Shown: piece by piece, positions 1 through 7,583 of the stretch
Position numbering within the stretch: the first letter of the stretch is position 1
How the letters are laid out: every line of letters starts with the position of its first letter
Assembly (NCBI GenBank): GCA_043747615.1
Contig: JAYTOU010000059.1
Coordinates: 1 to 17,757, forward strand
Length of the DNA: 17,757 nucleotides
Reading direction: 5' to 3'
Origin: Myxococcales bacterium
GTDB lineage: Bacteria; Myxococcota_A; Polyangia; Polyangiales; Polyangiaceae
Notes under the pieces: generated by a model
The model's database searches: none
Told to the model about the DNA's origin: nothing
The model's input: only the letters and a program-made list of their open reading frames with translations
Translations under genes and position numbers: made by a program

Positions 1-389
<389 letters not shown>

Positions 390-627
390 AATCTGGTGAG
401 TTCAACGAGGTGCAGTGCTTCGATATGCCTTGTTTAAGGGCAGACCTCACATCGCAGAGCTCGTGGCTCTAACATTTGTTAGGTATTGATTTGGAGTGTC
501 ACTTCGGCGACTCCCATTCGAGATGAATGGAGAGAGCCTCGCGCACTCCGGGAGCCCACTTTCTATAAGTTGACGCTTTGGCAGGTTATGCCGCGACGAC
601 AACTTATCTAAAAGTGTGCGTGTACGA

Positions 628-644
628 TTCAGTTTTCAAGGACC
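628..644 (-). promoter_or_regulatory. rrn leader boxA-like antitermination element
   Basis: Minus strand reads GGTCCTTGAAAACTGAA, similar to the TGTTCTTTGAAAACT boxA form of many rrn leaders. It lies between the proximal promoter and the 16S 5' end. Confidence 0.75.
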
Positions 645-680
645 GAGGGAGCAATAGCTGCTCCGAACTTGGGGTTGCGA

Positions 681-709
681 AAGGTATAGATTACTCAGAA
701 GTTCGTCAA
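681..709 (-). promoter_or_regulatory. rrn proximal sigma70-type promoter
   Basis: TTGACG (709-704), 17-bp spacer, TACCTT (686-681). A-tracts just upstream (714-740) resemble an UP element. Confidence 0.75.
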
Positions 710-851
710 CCGAATTTTTGGGTGCCGGCCTTTTTATTATCAGAGGCTGTCGGCGGCTCTGCCTGCATTGGCGAGCGGTGCATCTGCTCAAAGCTTCCGT
801 CGATTTCGGGCCCCGCAGCCTGCGCTGCCATCCGTCATCGAAGGGACCGGT

Positions 852-880
852 AAACTAGTTCCCGAAGCTCTTGCGGTCAA
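852..880 (-). promoter_or_regulatory. rrn middle sigma70-type promoter
   Basis: TTGACC (880-875), 17-bp spacer, TAGTTT (857-852). Confidence 0.65.
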
Positions 881-985
881 GGAGTTTGAGAAAGATTTCT
901 TGGGGACCGCTACAGTCCGTCGTCAATCTTTGCGAACTCGCTCTACCGAGACTCCACAGGGACCTGCGAGCCAACGGTTTCTGTG

Positions 986-1005
986 AAAGAAGCGGGAGAT
1001 CCCGC
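986..1005 (-). terminator. Possible weak intrinsic terminator
   Basis: Minus strand GCGGG-ATCT-CCCGC stem-loop (1005-992) immediately followed by TTCTTT (991-986). Short stem and interrupted U tract. Confidence 0.4.
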
Positions 1006-1051
1006 ACCGAACACACTTTTCCGCTCACCTGCATCTGTGGACGACTAGAAG

Positions 1052-1060
1052 TTATCCACA
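1052..1060 (+). promoter_or_regulatory. Perfect DnaA box TTATCCACA
   Basis: Exact 9/9 match to the consensus DnaA box, with an inverted 7/9 box at 1036-1044 (TCGTCCACA on the minus strand). Confidence 0.55.
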
Positions 1061-1141
1061 GGTTTTCCTCGTGCTTCCTGACTGCGTTGGAGCCGTTACG
1101 CTCGTGCAGCTTGCCTCAGGAGGAACACCGCCTCAGGCCCA

Positions 1142-1178
1142 GGGCGGCGGAACATAGTCGGGCGGTTCCCCTTGTCAA
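1142..1178 (-). promoter_or_regulatory. Distal stable-RNA (rrn P1-type) promoter with GC-rich discriminator
   Basis: TTGACA (1178-1173), 16-bp spacer, TATGTT (1156-1151), then CCGCCGCCC. A perfect -35, 16-bp spacer and all-GC discriminator are hallmarks of stringently controlled rrn P1 promoters. Confidence 0.75.
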
Positions 1179-1233
1179 CGCACAAAGTGACGCATTCCGT
1201 CGATGTGCAAAACACCGGTGATTCGTGGCGGTT

Positions 1234-1881
1234 TCAGAGCGTCACGCGCTCCTCGGCGTACCAATAGTCGCCAGGCTCCCGGATGATGGTGATTTCGGGA
1301 CCTGATGCGAGCCGAACCCGGAAACCACGCTCCCGGGGCCTGAGAGTGAAGTCTGCGCCAAGGACCGTCCCGAGCACCTCAACACGCTCTTTCAAGCCTC
1401 CGTAGACAATGCTGACGGGGCGGCGACGCGCATCACACGCCACGCTGACCGCGAACCAGGCAAGCTCGTCCTCGAGCGCCCAGTCGGCTTCGCGGGCGAG
1501 AGCGTGCTCGCAAGCGGAGAGGGCTCGCGCCGAGGGAGCAAAGCCCGCGCGGCGCCGAAGGAGGACGATCACCGCATAATTCTCGGGGAGAGATCGCGCG
1601 ATCACGCTTTGGCGCGTGCCCCGCATGACGAGCGTCTTGCGGACGCCGGCGAAGTTGGGGACGGTCTCGAAGTCGCGAAGGACGATGCACCAGGTGGCAG
1701 CGGCGACCTTGATGTCGAACGGATCGACCCGGCCCGCGTAATCGACTGACTCGCCAATGGCGTCGACGAGAGCTGCAGCGTACGCGCCCGGAATGCGCGC
1801 AATGAGGGCGCTCAAGATGGCCGAGAACGGGCTGGCGTCCATGTCGCGGAGCGCCATGGAACGTGAGTTTTTCCGGCTCAT
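1234..1881 (-). CDS. Roadblock/LC7 (MglB-like) domain protein with additional C-terminal beta-rich domain
   Basis: N-terminal pattern FSAILSALIARIPGAYAAALVDAIGESVDYAG...AAA...YAVIVLL fits the roadblock/LC7 fold. ATGA overlap with the upstream gene at 1878-1881. Confidence 0.75.
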   Translation of the reverse strand: MSRKNSRSMALRDMDASPFSAILSALIARIPGAYAAALVDAIGESVDYAGRVDPFDIKVAAATWCIVLRDFETVPNFAGVRKTLVMRGTRQSVIARSLPENYAVIVLLRRRAGFAPSARALSACEHALAREADWALEDELAWFAVSVACDARRRPVSIVYGGLKERVEVLGTVLGADFTLRPRERGFRVRLASGPEITIIREPGDYWYAEERVTL

Positions 1882-2840
1882 GGAGAGAGAGGCGGCGAGG
1901 AGCGGCGTGCGGCGGAAACCTCGGTCATGAGCGGGTCGGCGTCGGTTGCGACCTCCACTTGAACGCGCTTCTTCAGCTCCGGGACGAGCTGGTCGAACGC
2001 ATTGCGCGCGCGCACGGCGTAGGTCTCCGCGGTGAAGAGGGTGCGGCGCTCTTCGAACGGAACTTGTTTCGGCGAAATGTGCTCGATGGACCGAATCACG
2101 TGGAAGCCGAAGCTCGACTCGACCACGCCGCTCGTTCCCCCCTTTGGAAGCGCGAAGGCCGCTTTCGCAAACGCTGGATCCATGGTCCCTTCCCCCTCCG
2201 CGATGCGGCCTTCGCCGGTGAACGGTGGGAGTCGTTCCACGCGCACATCGACGGCGTCGTGCGGGACCTCGTTTGCTCGGGCTTCGAAGGTTTCCGCTGA
2301 GGCATTCGCGAGGGCAGCGGCGAGAGAGGTAGCCACGCTGCGGGCGTGTTCGACCGCGGCCGGATCGCTCTTCTTCGTCGGGATGGCGATGGCGTGCATG
2401 ACGCGAACGAGCTCGGGCGCATCGACCTCCTGCCAGTGCTGCTCGGTGAGCGCCCTCACTTCCGCGTCGGTGGGGGCGCCACCGGCCAGAGCATCAGCGC
2501 GAAGGCGATTGGCGACGAGGCGCGCGCGAAGGGCGGTGACATCGCGAACGACGGCTGGGTTCGCGTCGAGTCCGCGTGCCCTTGCCCCTTTCGCCGCGAG
2601 CGCATCGGCAACGAGTGCGTCGAGAGCATCGCGCGGGGAAATTCCCTTTGCGCGCGCCACGTCGGCCACCAAGGACGCCGTGATCTCGACGTCTCCGACC
2701 CGAGCTACGGTTTGTCCGCCGAGCGCTGCGCTTATCGGGGACGGCGGGAGCGCTTTGCGTTCACAGCCGAGCGACGGGAGCGCGATCACCGCGAAGGACA
2801 GCAGCGCGCTGATTCGCCGGGCGAGCTCGCGGGAATTCAA
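1878..2840 (-). CDS. PpiC/parvulin-type peptidyl-prolyl isomerase or PrsA/SurA-like foldase, probable lipoprotein
   Basis: Signal peptide with lipobox-like PSLGC, VARVGDVEIT start of the chaperone domain, rotamase signature DPAFAKAAFALPKGGTSGVVESSFGFHVIR. TTG start in a TTGA overlap. Confidence 0.88.
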   Translation of the reverse strand: MNSRELARRISALLSFAVIALPSLGCERKALPPSPISAALGGQTVARVGDVEITASLVADVARAKGISPRDALDALVADALAAKGARARGLDANPAVVRDVTALRARLVANRLRADALAGGAPTDAEVRALTEQHWQEVDAPELVRVMHAIAIPTKKSDPAAVEHARSVATSLAAALANASAETFEARANEVPHDAVDVRVERLPPFTGEGRIAEGEGTMDPAFAKAAFALPKGGTSGVVESSFGFHVIRSIEHISPKQVPFEERRTLFTAETYAVRARNAFDQLVPELKKRVQVEVATDADPLMTEVSAARRSSPPLSP

Positions 2841-3028
2841 GCGCGGCCCCCCGAGCTCCGGACACCGGATTTCGCGATTTGCACCGAGGCGCGCACCGTG
2901 ACCACGCCGACGACGAGCCAGTAAAAGGCGGCGAGATCCTCCGAACGTCCAAGCGCGCTCGCGCCGAGCACGAAGCAGATCGCGGCGGCGAGGAGCATGA
3001 CGACGGCGACGATGTCGAAGGGCTGCAT
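2837..3028 (-). CDS. Small two-helix membrane protein, 63 aa (MQPFDIVAVV...)
   Basis: Fills the gap between neighbours (4 nt after the upstream stop, 4-nt overlap downstream) and has two hydrophobic segments. Start moved from 3106 to the ATG at 3028 to avoid overlap with the upstream gene. Confidence 0.75.
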   Translation of the reverse strand: MQPFDIVAVVMLLAAAICFVLGASALGRSEDLAAFYWLVVGVVTVRASVQIAKSGVRSSGGRA

Positions 3029-3032
3029 GTCG

Positions 3033-3806
3033 TCAGGTCCGGAGCCAGAACAGAAAACCACCCATTGCGAGAAAAGCCAAGGCGATGAGCCACGGAAGGG
3101 AGGCACGCACTCGGTATTTTGCGGGAACGAAGGTGCGCGTTTTGTGGCGCGCGAGGGCGATGTTGGTTGCGGCGCCGATCAACGCGAGGCCGCCGGCGAG
3201 CGAGACGAGTCGAATGAGAAGAGCACGCTCGGGGCTGACCGCACGCCAGCCGACGAGCTGAAGTCCGAGGGCGAGCGCCGTCCCGCCGGCCACGAAGAGA
3301 ATGTCGCCGCGGGGAACGGCAGCACGAGGTTTGAGATCGCCCGTGCCGGCCTCGCGAGCAGGCGGAGCGGTGTGCGGCGGCGTTTTGACGGCGGCGGGGG
3401 CCGCGCTGGCGTACGCGAAGAGTGCCCAGCCAACCATCCCCGAAATCGCGCGCGCGACATCGAGACGGCTCGACGCAAGAAGAGCGGGCGCGTTGCCTCC
3501 CGGATTCATGATGCCCCCTGGCGCGAGGATCCACACGAGGCAGCTCGTGACGGTCAAACCCCATACCGACGTTGCGCGGGCCCACTTAGGCGAGCGCGCC
3601 TCGGCGAACGCGGACGCGCCGAGAAGCGCTAGCCCCGCGAGCGCGGCGACCTTGGCAAGGAGTGGAGCGCCGCGGGCCCACGCGGTGGGAGCGACCGTCG
3701 CGATCCATGCGTAAAAACCGGGCACGATGGACTGGGCGACGGACCCTAGCTCGGTCCCGGCGGAACCACGAAGCGCGGCGGCCAGGCGCGCGACGCGAGG
3801 GCTCAC
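3033..3806 (-). CDS. Polytopic membrane protein of unknown function (~7 hydrophobic segments)
   Basis: Multiple hydrophobic stretches separated by a Pro/Ala linker. GTGA overlap with the ttcA stop. Confidence 0.8.
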   Translation of the reverse strand: MSPRVARLAAALRGSAGTELGSVAQSIVPGFYAWIATVAPTAWARGAPLLAKVAALAGLALLGASAFAEARSPKWARATSVWGLTVTSCLVWILAPGGIMNPGGNAPALLASSRLDVARAISGMVGWALFAYASAAPAAVKTPPHTAPPAREAGTGDLKPRAAVPRGDILFVAGGTALALGLQLVGWRAVSPERALLIRLVSLAGGLALIGAATNIALARHKTRTFVPAKYRVRASLPWLIALAFLAMGGFLFWLRT

Positions 3807-4642
3807 GACACCCGCACCAGACGATCACCCGGCACGAACCCTTGCGAGCTCGCTTCTTCGCGCGCGGCCTCGAGTCCGAGCGTTGCCCACAGCGATCGAT
3901 CGAGGAGATGGCTTGGTCGGACGTTTTGGAGCGCGGCGAGCATGACCGCCTTCGTCCCCGGACGCTCTTTCTCGAGATCGTCGATCATCCGACCGACGAT
4001 TTTTCGCTGCAAATTGTCCTGCGATCCGCAGAGATCGCACGGCAAGATCGGAAACCCTTGGGCGTCGCTGAAGGACTGGATGTCCGCCTCCGCGCAGTAG
4101 ACGAGCGGCCGAATCACCACGTGCGCGCCGTCATCGCTGACCAGCTTGGGAGGCATGGTGGCCAGTTTTCCGGCGAAATAGAGGTTGAGAAAGAACGTTT
4201 GAAGGATGTCCTCGCTGTGGTGCCCGAGGGCGATCTTAGTGCATTGAAATTCCGTCGCCACTCGGTAAAGAATGCCTCTTCGTAGGCGCGAGCAGAGCGA
4301 ACAATACGTTTTTCCAACGGCGATCTTTTCGGTCACGATCGAATAGGTGTCTTCTTCGATCATCGTGAAATCGTGTGCTTCGCTCGCCATGTAGTCGCGG
4401 AGGCGCTGCGCCGGGTAGCCGGGATGACCCTGGTCGACGTTGACCACCTTGAGCTCGAAGCGCACCGGCGCCTTCCTCTGGAGCGAGCGAAGCAGGTGCA
4501 GCATCGTGTAGCTGTCCTTGCCGCCACTCACGGCGACGAGGATCCGATCGCCTTCGGAGATCATCTGGAAATCGGAGATCGCCTTCGAGACCGCGCGCGC
4601 AAGCTTGTGCTCGATCTTCTGCTCGGGGCTCCGCTCAGGCAT
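3803..4642 (-). CDS. ttcA: tRNA 2-thiocytidine(32) synthetase TtcA
   Basis: PP-loop SGGKDS, CSLCSRLRRGILY, IALGHH, VIRPL and PCDLCGSQ motifs. Confidence 0.97.
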   Translation of the reverse strand: MPERSPEQKIEHKLARAVSKAISDFQMISEGDRILVAVSGGKDSYTMLHLLRSLQRKAPVRFELKVVNVDQGHPGYPAQRLRDYMASEAHDFTMIEEDTYSIVTEKIAVGKTYCSLCSRLRRGILYRVATEFQCTKIALGHHSEDILQTFFLNLYFAGKLATMPPKLVSDDGAHVVIRPLVYCAEADIQSFSDAQGFPILPCDLCGSQDNLQRKIVGRMIDDLEKERPGTKAVMLAALQNVRPSHLLDRSLWATLGLEAAREEASSQGFVPGDRLVRVS

Positions 4643-4685
4643 GGCTAGGCCTTTCGTAGCAGGCTAGGCCTTTCGCGGAGGGCTA
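4643..4685. repeat. Short tandem direct repeat, 19-bp period
   Basis: GGCTAGGCCTTTCG at 4643-4656 and 4662-4675, with a partial third GGCTA at 4681-4685. Confidence 0.85.
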
Positions 4686-6191
4686 TTTTTTGCCGTTCGC
4701 GCGCTCGACGAGGGCGATGAAGGTCAGGACGGCGTGGCCGGTCGCCCCCTTCGCATTCCAGCCGATGGCCCGATCCGACGCCGACGGACCGGCGATGTCG
4801 ACGTGAACCCAATTTTTCGTCGTCCCGATGAAGTCACGCAAGAAGAGAGCGGCGATGATCGATCCGCCGTAACGATCGCCGGTGTGCTTGAGATCGGCGA
4901 CGTCGCTCTTGAGCTGGTCTTTCAGCTCTTCGAGAAGAGGCAGCCGCCACATTCGCTCGCCCGACGCCTTCACGGCGGCGCTGAACTCGTTGGCCGTGGC
5001 GTCGTTGCTCGCGAACCAGCCCGAGCAGGTGGTTCCGAGGGCGACGACGCACGCGCCGGTGAGCGTGGCGTTGTCGACGAGCAGATCGGGTTCGAGCTTA
5101 TGTGCGAACGCGAGCGCATCGGCGAGGATGAGCCGGCCCTCGGCATCCGTGTTGATGATCTCCACGCTTTTTCCGTCGAGAGATCCCCACACGTCCCCCG
5201 GACGATAGGCATTTCCGTCCGGCATGTTCTCGGCGCAGGCCATGATTCCGTGAACCTCGACCTGCGGCTTGAGCGCGGCGATCGCGGCCATCAATCCGAC
5301 GATGTTGGCGGCGCCGGACATGTCGTGCTTCATCTCGCCCATGCCGGCGGCGGGCTTGATGCTGAGGCCCCCGCTGTCGAACGTGATGCCCTTTCCGACG
5401 AAGATGAGCTTCTTCTTCGCCTTCTTCGCAGGGACATACGAGATGTGGACGAAGCGCGGCTCGTTGCTGCTCCCGCGACCGACGGCGTCGATGAGGTGCA
5501 TGCCGCGACGCTGGATCTCTTTATAGTCGAAGACCTGAATTTTGAGGCCGTTCTGCTTGGCCATCTTCTGGGCTTCGGTGGCAAGCGCGGCGGGCGTGAG
5601 CGTGTTCGGGGGCTCGTTGCTGAGGTCGCGCGAGAGGTTCACGGCAGCGGCGATCTGCTGTCCGAGGGCGATGTCCTTCTTTGCTGCGGCGCCCGCTCTT
5701 TTCTCGGTGACGATCGAAGCTTCTTCGAGCTGTTGTTTCGGGCGGCGATCCCCCGTGAAATATTTCGTGAAGCGGTACGCGCCGAGCTCGAGCCCTTCGG
5801 CAAGCGCCCGAAGACGAGCTTCGACGCCGGAAGGGGCGACGACGGTGAACGATTTCGCTTTTTCGCCCATGGCCGCGCGTGCCGCTTTGGCGGCGAACGC
5901 CCTTATTTCAGGGTCTTTCGCGGCGTTCCTGTCGCCCAAGCCGATGAGGACGAGCTTCGAGGCGGAGAGACGCCCAAGGGTCTGGACGCTCAGCGTCTGA
6001 TCGCGCTTACCGGTGAACTCCTCTTTGGCGAGATGCTTGAGCAGCGCGCCATCGAGCTTGCGATCGGCTTCGGCCACCGCTTCCGGGAACGACGGCTTCT
6101 TCGGGTTGGAGGAGGCCCAAACGCCAACAATCACTACATCACCGGACGCGTCAAACGGCTTATCCGAACGGACCGAAATTTTCAGGGGCAT
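4683..6191 (-). CDS. pepA: Leucyl aminopeptidase (peptidase M17)
   Basis: VGKGITFDSGGLSIK, MKHDMSGAA, NTDAEGRLILAD and ATLTGAC motifs. Start set at MPLKISV (6191); the ORF track extends to 6233. Confidence 0.97.
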   Translation of the reverse strand: MPLKISVRSDKPFDASGDVVIVGVWASSNPKKPSFPEAVAEADRKLDGALLKHLAKEEFTGKRDQTLSVQTLGRLSASKLVLIGLGDRNAAKDPEIRAFAAKAARAAMGEKAKSFTVVAPSGVEARLRALAEGLELGAYRFTKYFTGDRRPKQQLEEASIVTEKRAGAAAKKDIALGQQIAAAVNLSRDLSNEPPNTLTPAALATEAQKMAKQNGLKIQVFDYKEIQRRGMHLIDAVGRGSSNEPRFVHISYVPAKKAKKKLIFVGKGITFDSGGLSIKPAAGMGEMKHDMSGAANIVGLMAAIAALKPQVEVHGIMACAENMPDGNAYRPGDVWGSLDGKSVEIINTDAEGRLILADALAFAHKLEPDLLVDNATLTGACVVALGTTCSGWFASNDATANEFSAAVKASGERMWRLPLLEELKDQLKSDVADLKHTGDRYGGSIIAALFLRDFIGTTKNWVHVDIAGPSASDRAIGWNAKGATGHAVLTFIALVERANGKK

Positions 6192-6272
6192 GTTCAGCCC
6201 ATTTACACATCGCGCGCCAGCGTGGTCCAGCAAAACTCATCTTCACACGCAGCTCACCGTGAAGCGCGGCTC

Positions 6273-7583
6273 TCAATGAGCGACCACGACTGCTTCCTTC
6301 TTGCCGGCTTCTCCGCTGCGGAGGAGCGCACCGCGAAAGAGAACGGGCCCGATCATTTCGTTGATCATGACGGCGCCAAGGAGACACGCGCTCGCCCCTT
6401 CCCCCCAACCTGCGAAGTGCTTTGCGACGAGGACGCAGAGGCCGATGGCGATGCCCGATTGCGAGAGCATGCCGTACGGAATCGTCTTTCGTTGCTCGTT
6501 GGGGACCCGCCCGATGGCCATGCCCACCCAGGCTCCGATGAGGAGCGCCACGGCCCGCGCAGCTGCCAGAACGCAGGCGATGACAGCGACTTTCTTGAAA
6601 ATGCTCCAGTGTAGCCCCGCACCGGCGACCGCGAAAAAGACGGCAAACACAGGCATCGAGGCGGCCTCGATGTCGTGCACGAGCTTCGCTCCTTCGATGT
6701 CCGTCAGGTTCTCGAGAAAGAGCCCTGCCGACAGGCACATGAGAAGCGGATCGAGATGAAGGTGCGTTCCGGCCTCCGCGCACAAGAAGCAGACGCCGAA
6801 GACGAAGAGCGCGACGCGCTGGTTCACCTTCTTCAGATAAATGGTCAAAAGAATTCCGATGACGATGCCGACGCCAATGGATCCAAAGATGTGGATCATG
6901 AGCTCCGTCGCGGCGTTTCCACCTGAATCGACCGCACCAAAGACGGCGTTGGCGAGAGCGTTCACGCCGGCGAAGGTGAGGACGATCGCAAGGTCGGCCA
7001 TGACGACGACGCCGAGGATCGTCTCGCTTATGGGCCCGGCCGCGCCGGTTTCGCTGAGGAGCGCGAGGGTCACCGTCGGTGACAACGCCGACAGCACGAC
7101 CCCCATCGTCAGCGCCACGACGCCGCGATGAAGCGCGTCCATGTCGTTCATGAACGGGAGAAATCGACTCAGCGCGAAGACCGTGGTGGCGATGATCAAG
7201 ATCGCGACGAAGAAAGAGACGATCCCGATCGAGAGGATGGCGCGGATGCGCGGGCGAAGACGGCGGAAGTTCAGCTCCCCTCCCGCCGACAAAGCGATGA
7301 GGCCGATGGCCACGCCATTGACGAGCTTGAGATCGTTCACCATGCGCTCGGTGACGAAGTTGAGGACGCTCGGACCGACGACGAAGCCGCACACGAGGTA
7401 GCCGGTCAAACGCGGAAGGCGAAATCCCGCGAAAATCGTGCCTGATTGGAGCGCCGCAAGAAGAACGAACCCGAAGGCGAGCGCTGCGCCGGAGCCGACG
7501 AGCGAGGTCTCTTCGGGCAAGAACGAACGCGCGGCCGCTATGAGCACCACGACCATGGCCAGTAGGAAGACGGCGCGAATCAA
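6273..7583 (-). CDS. Cation:proton antiporter (Na+/H+ exchanger superfamily, CPA2-like), second of tandem pair
   Basis: About 13 TM segments; LPRLTGYLVCGFVVGP, GGEL, FFAVAGAGL and NEMIGP patterns. GGAG RBS and TTG start in a TTGA overlap. Confidence 0.92.
   Translation of the reverse strand: MIRAVFLLAMVVVLIAAARSFLPEETSLVGSGAALAFGFVLLAALQSGTIFAGFRLPRLTGYLVCGFVVGPSVLNFVTERMVNDLKLVNGVAIGLIALSAGGELNFRRLRPRIRAILSIGIVSFFVAILIIATTVFALSRFLPFMNDMDALHRGVVALTMGVVLSALSPTVTLALLSETGAAGPISETILGVVVMADLAIVLTFAGVNALANAVFGAVDSGGNAATELMIHIFGSIGVGIVIGILLTIYLKKVNQRVALFVFGVCFLCAEAGTHLHLDPLLMCLSAGLFLENLTDIEGAKLVHDIEAASMPVFAVFFAVAGAGLHWSIFKKVAVIACVLAAARAVALLIGAWVGMAIGRVPNEQRKTIPYGMLSQSGIAIGLCVLVAKHFAGWGEGASACLLGAVMINEMIGPVLFRGALLRSGEAGKKEAVVVAH

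Noticed and set aside
6204..6219. Sigma54-like TGGCGCGCGATGTGTA upstream of pepA (minus strand)
   Set aside because: The -12 GC is GT, and the predicted start would leave essentially no leader; too weak to call.
4734..6614. 626-aa plus-strand ORF antisense to pepA, and similar long ORFs (7601-8995, 11674-13224, 13480-14778, 15534-16391)
   Set aside because: Shadow ORFs expected from high-GC codon bias opposite well-supported genes; no recognisable domains.
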